Source: an uncultured Candidatus Saccharibacteria bacterium | GTDB lineage: Bacteria > Patescibacteriota > Doudnabacteria > UBA920 | Direction: 5' to 3' | Assembly: GCA_964436545.1 (NCBI GenBank) | Contig: CAYTCJ010000002.1 | Coordinates: forward strand, 26,111 to 90,110 | Length of the DNA stretch: 64,000 nucleotides | Shown here: piece after piece, positions 50,123 through 59,026 of the stretch | Layout: the number at the start of each line of letters is the position of its first letter | How positions within the stretch are numbered: the first letter of the stretch is position 1 | Position numbers and translations under genes: made by a program | The notes under the pieces: model-generated | Database searches by the model: none | What the model was told of the DNA's origin: nothing | The model's input: the letters and a program-made list of their open reading frames with translations, nothing else

Positions 50123-51901
50123 TCACTTTTTCTTCTCAATTTCTTTATTTACCCTGTCTAAAAACTTTTTTATACTCATTATGCCTAAATCTTTGCCTTC
50201 GCGGGTGCGCACCGCAACTTTACCCGACTTCATTTCTTTCTCCCCTAAAATAATTTGGTAGGGGATTTTTTGTAAAGTGGCTTCACGGATTTTTTTGCCA
50301 ATTGACTCATCTCTGTCATCAAGTTCAGTTCTAAATTCTAAGTTGTAAGTTGTAAGTTCCTTTATAATTTTTTTCGCATAACTGTTTTGTTTCTTAGAAA
50401 TTGGCAAAACTTTAATTTGAACAGGGGAGAGCCAGAGCGGAAAATTTCCAGCGGTGTGTTCAATATACACAGACAAAAACCTTTCAATAGAACCCATTAA
50501 AGCAAAATGAATCATTACAGGAGTTTGTTCCTTGCCTTCGTGGTCTGTATAAACCAAACCAAATCGCTTTGGTTGGACGAAGTCTAATTGCGGGGTGGCA
50601 AGTTGCCACTCTCTCCCTAAAGCATCAACTGCCATAAAATCAATTTTTGGACCATAAAACGCTGCTTCTCCTTCAGCAACAAAATAGTCCAGCTTACTCT
50701 TTTGAGCAATTTTTAACAATATACTCTGTGCTTTGTCCCATAAATTTATTTCTCCTAAATATTTTTCGGGGGTTTTTTGATCTCTAAATGACAACCTCGC
50801 TCTCAGTTGCATGTTAATACTCTTATAAAAAATCTTTGTTACATCAATTAACTCCTGATATATTTGCTCAATTTGATCCGGGGTGCAAAAGGTATGGCTA
50901 TCATCTTGAGTAATAGAACGGACCCGAGAAAGACCCAACAGCTCGCCGGCTTTTTCGTCCCGATAAACCGTAGTGGTTTCCATATATTTTATGGGTAGTT
51001 CTTTATAGCTATGCGGGCGTGAAGCATAAATCTGCTGATGGTGCGGGCAATTCATTGGCTTCATTACCAACTCATCAGATGTTTCTTGACTTTTAACCAA
51101 AAACAACTCTCCGCCAAATTTATCCCAGTGTCCGGAAGTTTTGTATAAATCATTTTTGGTAATGTGCGGACTCCAAACTCGTTTCCAGCCTTTCTTAATT
51201 CTTAAATTTTGAGAATAGTCATTTAATAGCTCTCTTAAGAGCGCACCCTTTTGAGTAAACAAGGGCAAACCTTTCCCAACCTGGTCGGAGATAGTATATA
51301 AATCTAATTGTAAACCCAATTTCCTATGGTCGCGCTTTTCTGCCTCCTCTAACATTTTTAAGTGTGCATCCAATTCCTCTTTGCTTTCAAATGCCACGCC
51401 ATACACTCGGGTAAGCATTTTATTTTTTTCATCGCCTCGCCAATAGGCCCCGGCTAGCTTAGTGAGTTTAAAGGCATCGGGCTTTATATCTTTCCGAGGA
51501 TTTTCCACATGCCCGCCTCGGCATAAATCTGTAAACTCCCCGGACTTATAAAAAGTCACCGGTTCTTTTTTCTTTTCCAATTCTGCAATTAATTCCAATT
51601 TATAAGGATTATGCGCCCAATGTTTTTTGGCTTCTTCATAACTCATCTCCATGCGCTGAAAATTTTCCCAAGTGGGCAAAATTCGTTTCATTTCTTTTTC
51701 CAGTTTAGGTAAATCTTGCAAGGTAAGCGGGGAGTCAGGTTCAAAATCATAATAAAAACCATTTTCCACCGGCGGACCAATGGTAATTTTGGCCTTGGGA
51801 TGTAATTTTAACAATGCGGCAGCAAACAAATGCGCTAGCGAATGCCTAATATTATGTAGTCGTTCATTTTTTAAATAATCTTGGTTGGACATATTGGACA
51901 T
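50123..51901 (-). CDS. thrS: Threonyl-tRNA synthetase (lacks the N-terminal TGS domain)
   Basis: RHSLAH, DLCRGGHV, RDHRKLG, KPMNCPHH, AAFYGPKID, GSIERF. Confidence 0.98.
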   Translation of the reverse strand: MSNMSNQDYLKNERLHNIRHSLAHLFAAALLKLHPKAKITIGPPVENGFYYDFEPDSPLTLQDLPKLEKEMKRILPTWENFQRMEMSYEEAKKHWAHNPYKLELIAELEKKKEPVTFYKSGEFTDLCRGGHVENPRKDIKPDAFKLTKLAGAYWRGDEKNKMLTRVYGVAFESKEELDAHLKMLEEAEKRDHRKLGLQLDLYTISDQVGKGLPLFTQKGALLRELLNDYSQNLRIKKGWKRVWSPHITKNDLYKTSGHWDKFGGELFLVKSQETSDELVMKPMNCPHHQQIYASRPHSYKELPIKYMETTTVYRDEKAGELLGLSRVRSITQDDSHTFCTPDQIEQIYQELIDVTKIFYKSINMQLRARLSFRDQKTPEKYLGEINLWDKAQSILLKIAQKSKLDYFVAEGEAAFYGPKIDFMAVDALGREWQLATPQLDFVQPKRFGLVYTDHEGKEQTPVMIHFALMGSIERFLSVYIEHTAGNFPLWLSPVQIKVLPISKKQNSYAKKIIKELTTYNLEFRTELDDRDESIGKKIREATLQKIPYQIILGEKEMKSGKVAVRTREGKDLGIMSIKKFLDRVNKEIEKKK

Positions 51902-51914
51902 AGTTGATTCTTCC

Positions 51915-52321
51915 TGTCATCCCGATCCACCTTCGCCAAGGCGAAGGTGGGAGGGATCCCTTTAAATTAATTGCTTATACAAATCATTTCATTCCAATGG
52001 GGATTAATCGTCTTAATTAACGCCTCTTTCTTTTTTCTATTCCAGCTTTTTAACTGTTTTTCTCTCAATATTGCAGATTCTACATTGTCTGTCTGTTCGT
52101 AATAAACTAGCTTATGACATTGATACTTTTTTGTAAAACCCTCTACCAAATCTTGCTTATGCTCATGGACTCTTCGCATTAAATCATTCGTCACTCCAAT
52201 ATACAAAGTGCCGGAGACACTTGCTAATATGTAAATAAAATATTGATGATCCCTCATAAAACATACCTTAAGGGATCCCTCCGCTCTCCCTCGGCTTCGC
52301 TCGGGATTGGTCGGGATGACA
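51915..52321. mobile_element. REP-flanked GIY-YIG cassette between the thrS leader and thrS
   Basis: TGTCATCCCGA (51915-51925)/TCGGGATGACA (52311-52321) and GGAGGGATCCCTT (51950-51962)/AAGGGATCCCTCC (52270-52282) inverted pairs; mobility is inferred. Confidence 0.6.
51967..52257 (-). CDS. Small GIY-YIG nuclease; last residues frameshifted by a 5-bp duplication
   Basis: YFIYIL..LYIGVTNDLMRRVHEHK..FTKKY..LVYYE..AILREKQLKSWNR. Confidence 0.9.
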   Translation of the reverse strand: MRDHQYFIYILASVSGTLYIGVTNDLMRRVHEHKQDLVEGFTKKYQCHKLVYYEQTDNVESAILREKQLKSWNRKKKEALIKTINPHWNEMICISN

Positions 52322-52595
52322 AAAAAAACAAAATAACAAAACCCCGAAATCCATTTATTCATTTAGAGAATAAATAAACTCCGGGGTCTCGTTTTGCGAG
52401 ACGTTTCCGTCCCAGTTCCCCCGCTCTTTGCTTGCAAAGGGCGGGGCTTTTCATCTTCAAATGGCTCTAGAACATTTAAAGATTTAATACAATTTGTTTC
52501 AAGCTCTTTGCTTGGTGGGCAAAGTATTGATCAATAGACCAAACGCTTGAATGTGCTGACTGAAATAATTAAACTTCAGTTAAAAGCATTATACA
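52321..52595 (-). promoter_or_regulatory. Structured leader with intrinsic terminator upstream of GIY-YIG/thrS
   Basis: TATAAT near 52590; several hairpins; terminator 52341-52387 followed by a U-tract. Confidence 0.55.
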
Positions 52596-52652
52596 AAAAC
52601 TAAAAAAAACACGCAAATCCCAGTTTTCCACAACTACCTAATTGTCAAAAAC

Positions 52653-55600
52653 TCACAAAACATCAACTTTTACTATGGAATTAAAGTTTTTTAGTTTTAT
52701 AACCAATTCCGCCTGCCCATTCACCAAACTTTGAGTTTTTACTTTTTTGACTTCATTGCCAAAACCAATTTGTAAATAAACCGGCATTTGCCCTGGGTAA
52801 TCATGTAAGATCGATTTAATGGCATTTAGCTCAGTTAACTCGGCCAACTTTTGCATAACTATCACAAATTGTTTGGTTTTTTCCATCTCCGAAAGCGCAG
52901 ACTCATAATTCGTATCTTTGGGTAGCGCCTTAATTTCTTCCGCCATAAGAGAATAGCCTAAACTATTTTCAGAAAAACTCTCACCGGTTTCGGCGGGTGC
53001 CTGCCTGTCTTGACCTACAGCCTGCCCGGGACTTTTTCTTTTCTGCGTGGAATTAAAAGAAATCCGACCGGAAATTTGAACGATTTTTTCATTTTCCAAA
53101 AAAGGCAAAGCCTGTTCCATAACTTTGGGAAAAACCAAAACTTCACACACTCCGGTGAGGTCTTCAACTCCCACAAAAGCCATGGGATCATTTTTTTTAG
53201 TTAAAGTTTTGCGCAACTTAGAAATGATGCCGGCGATTACCACTTGGCTGTTATCGGTTTTATGTTTTAAATCTTTAATAGGCGTGAAGTGCTTTAAAAC
53301 TTTGGCATAATTATCCAAAGGATGCGCCGATACATACATACCCAAATGTTCCTTTTCCCAAGATAGTTTATCTTCTTTACTGGCCGGCTCAACCTGTTTT
53401 AAAGATAATTTGCCAATATTTAAACTGGATCCGAATAAAGATACCTGACCTTGCTCTTCCGATTTAAAATGTTCTCTTACAAAATCCAAAATATTTTCCG
53501 TGGAAGCCAATAACTGGTTTCTTTCGCCAAAAACATCTAACGCTCCCGATTTAACCAAAGCCTCCCAAGAACGTTTGTTAAAATTTTTAACATAAGTCCG
53601 CAGTAAAAAATCTTGCAAAGAAGCAAATGAGGTCTCTAAACTGATTAGCTGATTAGCTGATAGCTGATTGCTAATTAGCTGATTAGCTGATAGCTGATTC
53701 CTAATTAGCTGATTACTCTTTCTCGCTTCAATTATTTTATTTATTACATCGCTACCCAAATTTTTTATGGCATTTAAACCAAAACGAATTATGCCGTTGG
53801 GATTAGCTTTTAAGCCCAGTTCTCGGTACGAAGTTAAATTTTCCGGCATAGCATAACTGTCTACCACGGTAAAATCGGCAAAAGAAGTATTCACATCGGG
53901 AGGTAAGATTTTTATCCCCATAGCCTTACATTCTTCCACAGCTTCGTAAATTTTTTCTTCATCACCACTTTCCGCAGTCATTACCGCGGTCATAAACTCC
54001 ACGGGAAAATTGGCTTTCATATACGCCGTTTGGTAAGCCACCACCGCATAGGAGGCAGAATGGGATTTGTTAAAACCATAAGCCGCAAAAGGTTCAATCC
54101 AGTTCCAAACTTCGTTGGCTTTAGTATGGCTCCAACCCGCGGTATCCATACACCCTTGAATAAATTTGATTTTTTGCTTGGCCATTTCCTCGGGGATTTT
54201 TTTGCCCACAGCTTTTCTAAATTTATCCACTTCTTCCCAAGAATACCCGGCCAAATCATGAGCAATGGTAAGCAAATCGTCCTGATACACCAAAATCCCG
54301 TAGGTGCGTCTTAAAATTTTCTCAAAAGCCGGATCGAAATATTTTATTAAATTGGGATTGTGTTTACGTTTAATATAGTCTTCAATAAATTGCATGGGCC
54401 CAGGGCGGTATAAAGCAATCATAGCCATAATATCAAAAATGCTGGAAGGTTTTAATTCCATTAAATATCGGGTCATTCCGCTACTGCCTAACTGAAACAC
54501 GCCAAAAGTCAAACCATCTGCTAAAAGTTTAAAAGTCTTTTCGTCCGGATGCGGGAGATTATAAATATCCACGTCTAAATTATGTTTTTGTTTAACCAGC
54601 TCGACGCTTTTTTCCAAAATGGATAAATTTTTTATACCCAACAAATCCAATTTCACCACCCCAATGGCTTTACTGTTGGAATTGACATCCAAAGCATACA
54701 TATCGTACTGAGTAATAATTCGTTCGCCCTCGGGTTCTTTTTGCAGTGGCATATAGTCGGTAAGCGGGGTGGGAGTAATTACTATCCCGGCTGCATGCAT
54801 AGAGGCGTGGCGAGCATTGCCCTCGATTTTTTTGGCAATTTCCAATATTTGCCGGGTTTCCGGATCTTGGTCTTTGGCCTCTTTTAACTCTGCGGACATG
54901 TCTATAGCCTTGTCTAAGGTCATATCAAAACCCTGTTTGCCCAAAGGGATCATTTTGGCAATCCGATCACATTTAGAATAGGGGATCCCTAAAGCCCTAC
55001 CAACATCTCTTACCCCTGCCCTCGCTTTCATGGTTCCAAAAGTAATAATTTGCGCCACTTTATCCGGTCCGTATTTTTGAGTAATGTAAGCAATGGCTTC
55101 ATCGCGACGATTATCGGCAATATCCAAATCGATATCGGGGGGAGTGGGACGATGCGCGGTTAAAAACCTTTCAAAGGGCAACTCAAAATATAAGGGGTCC
55201 ACATTGGTAATGCCCAAAATGTAACCCACAATACTCCCCGCAGCACTGCCTCGAGTATTGGTAATGGCGCCAATTTTATGCGCGCCTTCCACGACATCGG
55301 CCACCATTAAGAAATAAGTATCAAAATCTTTTTTACAAATAATCTCGAGCTCGTAATCGATGCGGTTTTTTATCATTTCCGGAATTTTTCCGTCAGCTTG
55401 TGGTTTTCCATAAATTTCTTGCGCTCGGCTGTATGTTTTTTGTTTTAAAAATTCCTTAGAAGACGTGCCGGTGGGAATTTCCACTTTGGGAAAATATCTC
55501 TGGTCGATTTTTAATTCCAAATTGCATAACTGCTCCACGATTTGCGTATTGGCTACCGCTTCGGGCAAATCAAAAAACAATTCCGACATTTTCTCCGGAG

Positions 55601-56345
55601 ATTTTAAAGACAAATCGTACCCGCGCATATCCAACCGGTCGGTATCGCTGGTATTCTTACCCGTGCCAATACACACTAAAACATCTTGTGCCACCATATC
55701 TTCCGGATAAATGTAATGACAATCGGCTGTGGCCACAATGGGTAAAGCATTTTGCTTGGCTAACGCGATCAATTTCCGGTTCAATTCTTCTTCTTTAATA
55801 TCTTGAGTTCGGCTATTTCTTTGCACTTCAATAAATAAATTATCCTTTCCAAAAATTTGTAAATACTTACTCAATACACCCTCGGCTTCCAAAGCCGAAC
55901 GATTCATTACCGTCCGGGCAATTTCGCCCCGTTGACATCCCGATAAACAAATTAAACCTTCGCTGTATTGCTTTAAAATTTCCAAATCGATCCTAGGTTT
56001 GTAATAAAACCCTTCCAAATGCGCGAGGGTGGTTAATTTGATTAAATGCTTATAACCTAACTCATTTTTAGCGAGTAAGGTTAAGTGAAAATAATCCGCA
56101 TCGGTTCTGCCATCTTTATCTTTTAAACTCCTGGGAGCCACGTAAGCCTCCAGACCCAGTATGGGTTTTATAGCATGTTCTTTACAAGTATTATAAAATT
56201 CTACCGCCCCATACATTACCCCATGGTCGGTAAGCGCCACCGCATGCATATTTAACTCTTTAACACGGTTAACCAAGGGTTCAATTTTACTTAAACCGTC
56301 TAAAAGGGAATAGTGGCTGTGGCAGTGTAAATGAGTAAAATCCAT
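52653..56345 (-). CDS. dnaE: DNA polymerase III alpha subunit
   Basis: HLHCHSHYSLLDG PHP motif, RGSAAGS, PPDIDLD, YGFNKSH, EKEHLGMYVSAHPL. Confidence 0.98.
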   Translation of the reverse strand: MDFTHLHCHSHYSLLDGLSKIEPLVNRVKELNMHAVALTDHGVMYGAVEFYNTCKEHAIKPILGLEAYVAPRSLKDKDGRTDADYFHLTLLAKNELGYKHLIKLTTLAHLEGFYYKPRIDLEILKQYSEGLICLSGCQRGEIARTVMNRSALEAEGVLSKYLQIFGKDNLFIEVQRNSRTQDIKEEELNRKLIALAKQNALPIVATADCHYIYPEDMVAQDVLVCIGTGKNTSDTDRLDMRGYDLSLKSPEKMSELFFDLPEAVANTQIVEQLCNLELKIDQRYFPKVEIPTGTSSKEFLKQKTYSRAQEIYGKPQADGKIPEMIKNRIDYELEIICKKDFDTYFLMVADVVEGAHKIGAITNTRGSAAGSIVGYILGITNVDPLYFELPFERFLTAHRPTPPDIDLDIADNRRDEAIAYITQKYGPDKVAQIITFGTMKARAGVRDVGRALGIPYSKCDRIAKMIPLGKQGFDMTLDKAIDMSAELKEAKDQDPETRQILEIAKKIEGNARHASMHAAGIVITPTPLTDYMPLQKEPEGERIITQYDMYALDVNSNSKAIGVVKLDLLGIKNLSILEKSVELVKQKHNLDVDIYNLPHPDEKTFKLLADGLTFGVFQLGSSGMTRYLMELKPSSIFDIMAMIALYRPGPMQFIEDYIKRKHNPNLIKYFDPAFEKILRRTYGILVYQDDLLTIAHDLAGYSWEEVDKFRKAVGKKIPEEMAKQKIKFIQGCMDTAGWSHTKANEVWNWIEPFAAYGFNKSHSASYAVVAYQTAYMKANFPVEFMTAVMTAESGDEEKIYEAVEECKAMGIKILPPDVNTSFADFTVVDSYAMPENLTSYRELGLKANPNGIIRFGLNAIKNLGSDVINKIIEARKSNQLIRNQLSANQLISNQLSANQLISLETSFASLQDFLLRTYVKNFNKRSWEALVKSGALDVFGERNQLLASTENILDFVREHFKSEEQGQVSLFGSSLNIGKLSLKQVEPASKEDKLSWEKEHLGMYVSAHPLDNYAKVLKHFTPIKDLKHKTDNSQVVIAGIISKLRKTLTKKNDPMAFVGVEDLTGVCEVLVFPKVMEQALPFLENEKIVQISGRISFNSTQKRKSPGQAVGQDRQAPAETGESFSENSLGYSLMAEEIKALPKDTNYESALSEMEKTKQFVIVMQKLAELTELNAIKSILHDYPGQMPVYLQIGFGNEVKKVKTQSLVNGQAELVIKLKNFNSIVKVDVL
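53641..53715. repeat. 2.5 x 30-bp tandem repeat (8+8+7+7 subunits) in frame within dnaE
   Basis: CTGATTAG-CTGATTAG-CTGATAG-CTGATTG units encoding NQLIRNQLSANQLISNQLSANQLIS. Confidence 0.95.
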
Positions 56346-56513
56346 AGAAAAAGTGAGTAAGTTGTAAGTTAAGTATTAAATCCTAGATACTACTCTTTAA
56401 TTCAAAGTTATTTGTCTTAAAATGCTGGCTTTAGCTAAACGCTAAGCGCTACCGACTAAATGCTAATCATACCCAGCATACCAAAATTCCTTTAGTTTTG
56501 CTATAATTAATTT

Positions 56514-57377
56514 ATGAGTCTACTAAAAGAAAAATTGGAATTAAAATTGGAAGAAGCGGAATTTACCACCCAACAGTCGCTAAGCCGGTTTTCCGCATTA
56601 CAAAAAAAATTTTTTTTGGTCGGTTTACTGGGCATTATACCTATGTATTTTATTGCTCAGTATGCTGGTAATTACTACTTTGCCAAAGCTTATCGAACTT
56701 ATCTGATTTCCGCCAAACCCAGCTACTTAAACAGCCAATCTTTAATAATAGACAGAATTGATATTGCATCTCTGGGCAATAACGAATATGCCATAGTGGG
56801 TCAAGTGAATAATCCAAACTTAGATTTAGCCACTAAACAAGTGCCTTATGAGTGGGTATTTTTTGACGCGAAAGCTCAAATTACCGCCCCCAGCCAAAGC
56901 GGGAAACTCAGTATAAGTCCCAATGAAAAAAAATACCTGATTCTTCCCGTGGTTAAATCTTTAAGTCCGATTGCCAAAGCGGAAATTCGTTTTCTTAAAG
57001 AACCCGTCTGGCAAAAAAAAATAAATGTGGAAAAACTTTCGCTCATTACCAGCCAACCTAAAGGTTATGACCAAACTAATCCTTTTGGTTATGTTTTGGA
57101 AGGGGAAGTCTACAATAACAGCCCCTATTTAATAAAAGAAATCAAACTCAATTTTATACTCCTGGGCCTAGGCGGAAAAATTATTGGCGCCAGCTATAGA
57201 AGCGAATTTGATCTATTACCCAAACAAAAAAGATCTTACAAACATTTTTGGCCGGAGATTTCCGGAAAAAATATTGTAAAAGCCGAGACAATTGTGGAAA
57301 CCGACCTGCTAAATAAAGACAATCTAAAAATTCCGGAGAGCGAGTCCAATAATAATGCGGGTTTTTTGGGCAGGTAA
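56514..57377 (+). CDS. Membrane-anchored protein with FxLYD-like Ig domains
   Basis: TM, NPN..YEWVFFD, GEVYNNS..FILLG..GKIIGA. Confidence 0.65.
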   Translation: MSLLKEKLELKLEEAEFTTQQSLSRFSALQKKFFLVGLLGIIPMYFIAQYAGNYYFAKAYRTYLISAKPSYLNSQSLIIDRIDIASLGNNEYAIVGQVNNPNLDLATKQVPYEWVFFDAKAQITAPSQSGKLSISPNEKKYLILPVVKSLSPIAKAEIRFLKEPVWQKKINVEKLSLITSQPKGYDQTNPFGYVLEGEVYNNSPYLIKEIKLNFILLGLGGKIIGASYRSEFDLLPKQKRSYKHFWPEISGKNIVKAETIVETDLLNKDNLKIPESESNNNAGFLGR

Positions 57378-57379
57378 CT

Positions 57380-58480
57380 ATGCCAATTAATTTTAGTAAA
57401 TTTAAATATTTAGACATTCCTCAACTAATTGCCATTGTATTAACTTCCCTAGCCGGCTTGGCGCTACTCTACAGCACCTCCTTTGCCAGTGAACAGTTGA
57501 ATATTTTTTGGCGACAAGTGATTTTCTTTTTCATTGGTTGGGGATTGTTTTGGTTTTTTGCTTTTTTCGACTACCACAACTTAGCCAAACAACAACGTTG
57601 GCTGTATATCATTATTTTGCTGTTTTTAATCTATTTGATTATTTTTGGCACCAACATCCGAGGGGGTAGCCGTTGGATTACTTTGGGATTTTTTAATTTT
57701 CAACCCGCGGAATTTGCAAAAATTGTCTGTATTTTGGGCATTAGTCGCATATTATATTTACAAAGAGGCAGTGTGAATTCGCTTTGGAGTATTCTGAAAA
57801 TTATTTTATTCATTGCTCTGCCCGCCATACTGGTCTTAATGGAGCCGGACTTAGGTTCAGCTTTAGTTATTGGAGGAATTGGAATTTTAAGTCTGTTTAT
57901 TAGCCCAATCACCAAAAAATATATTTTAGGCTTATGTTTGGTAGGTATACTTTTAGCCGGATTGTCTTGGAAATTTTTTTTACAGGACTTTCAAAAAAAC
58001 CGCATAAAAATTTTTTTGAATCCCAGTATGGATTTAAGGGGTGAAGGATATAATGTCAGGCAAGCGGTGGTAGCAGTAGGCAGTGGAAAAATTTTTGGCA
58101 AAGGTCTGGCTTTAGGCTCTCAAAGCCAAAATAAATTTTTGCCGGAAAGACAAACCGATTTTATTTTTGCAGCCAGTGCCGAGCAAATTGGTTTTGTAGG
58201 ATCCTTAACTTTAGTCTTACTTTATGGTTTTATTGCCTTCCGACTATTACACATTATGCACCAAACTAAGGATGATTTAGGGTATTACATTACCGGGGGA
58301 GTATTTTTTCTGTTTATTATTCATACTTTGGTCAACGTGGGTATGAATATTGGTCTTCTGCCGGTTACCGGCATTCCCTTACCTTTTTTGAGCGCCGGGG
58401 GCAGTTTCTTTTTAACCGTTATGATGAGTCTGGGCATTGCGCAAAATGTCAGCTTACAATCAAAAATTTTGAGATTTTGA
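57380..58480 (+). CDS. rodA: SEDS peptidoglycan glycosyltransferase RodA
   Basis: FQPAEFAK, EPDLGSA, FLPERQTDFIF, PVTGIPLPFLSAGGS. Confidence 0.92.
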   Translation: MPINFSKFKYLDIPQLIAIVLTSLAGLALLYSTSFASEQLNIFWRQVIFFFIGWGLFWFFAFFDYHNLAKQQRWLYIIILLFLIYLIIFGTNIRGGSRWITLGFFNFQPAEFAKIVCILGISRILYLQRGSVNSLWSILKIILFIALPAILVLMEPDLGSALVIGGIGILSLFISPITKKYILGLCLVGILLAGLSWKFFLQDFQKNRIKIFLNPSMDLRGEGYNVRQAVVAVGSGKIFGKGLALGSQSQNKFLPERQTDFIFAASAEQIGFVGSLTLVLLYGFIAFRLLHIMHQTKDDLGYYITGGVFFLFIIHTLVNVGMNIGLLPVTGIPLPFLSAGGSFFLTVMMSLGIAQNVSLQSKILRF

Positions 58481-58591
58481 TTTTTTATGCTATATTGAAT
58501 CCGAGATTTTTTAGAGTTTCTAAAACTATGCTAGTAATGAAAAATCCCATGTCAGCTGAACAACAATCATACAAAGCCTAAGAAAAAATCT

Positions 58592-58960
58592 ATGAAAAAT
58601 ATTGATCTCAATAAAGTCATGGCCTGGCTGGGACAGGTGCTAAAATGTCCGGTTTGCCAGACTAAATATAAAATCAATACCGCTAAAATCATTGAGAGCT
58701 GGTCAGATGAGATTTACGGAGAAGCCGGGATATTAATTCATTCGGACTGCGCCAAATGCAAATCATCGGTCATGTTTAATGTGGAAGTAAGAGGTCCGGA
58801 AGTGTATTCGGTGGGCATGATTACCGATCTCACTGGCCAAGATTCCGCCAAATTTAAAACTCATAAACCCCTTAGCAGTAACGATGTCTTAAACATTCAT
58901 TCGGAGTTAAAAACTCTAAATGGTGATTTTATTTCACTCTTAAGTAAAAAAGCGTTATAA
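58592..58960 (+). CDS. Hypothetical Zn-ribbon protein
   Basis: CPVC...HSDCAKC. Confidence 0.75.
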   Translation: MKNIDLNKVMAWLGQVLKCPVCQTKYKINTAKIIESWSDEIYGEAGILIHSDCAKCKSSVMFNVEVRGPEVYSVGMITDLTGQDSAKFKTHKPLSSNDVLNIHSELKTLNGDFISLLSKKAL

Positions 58961-58974
58961 ACTAACGCTTTTTT
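58946..58974 (+). terminator. Intrinsic terminator
   Basis: AAAAAAGCGTTA-TAAAC-TAACGCTTTTTT. Confidence 0.7.
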
Positions 58975-59026
58975 AAAAAATTAATGGAGCTTACACCTCC
59001 TGTAATCTCTAATCAAATAAAAATTT

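Noticed and set aside
51884-51901. 9-bp duplication at the thrS start (MSN MSN) as a target-site duplication
   Set aside because: Both copies lie on the same side of the GIY-YIG cassette.
52258-52362. N-terminal extension of the GIY-YIG ORF
   Set aside because: It is a translation of the REP flank and terminator; family similarity begins at MRDHQY.
52385-52420. T-box antiterminator upstream of thrS
   Set aside because: GGGACGGAAACG lacks the UGGN-ACC bulge, and no stem I or specifier loop is recognisable.
53641-53715. CRISPR array
   Set aside because: Units are contiguous with no unique spacers, lie in a coding frame, and no cas genes are present.
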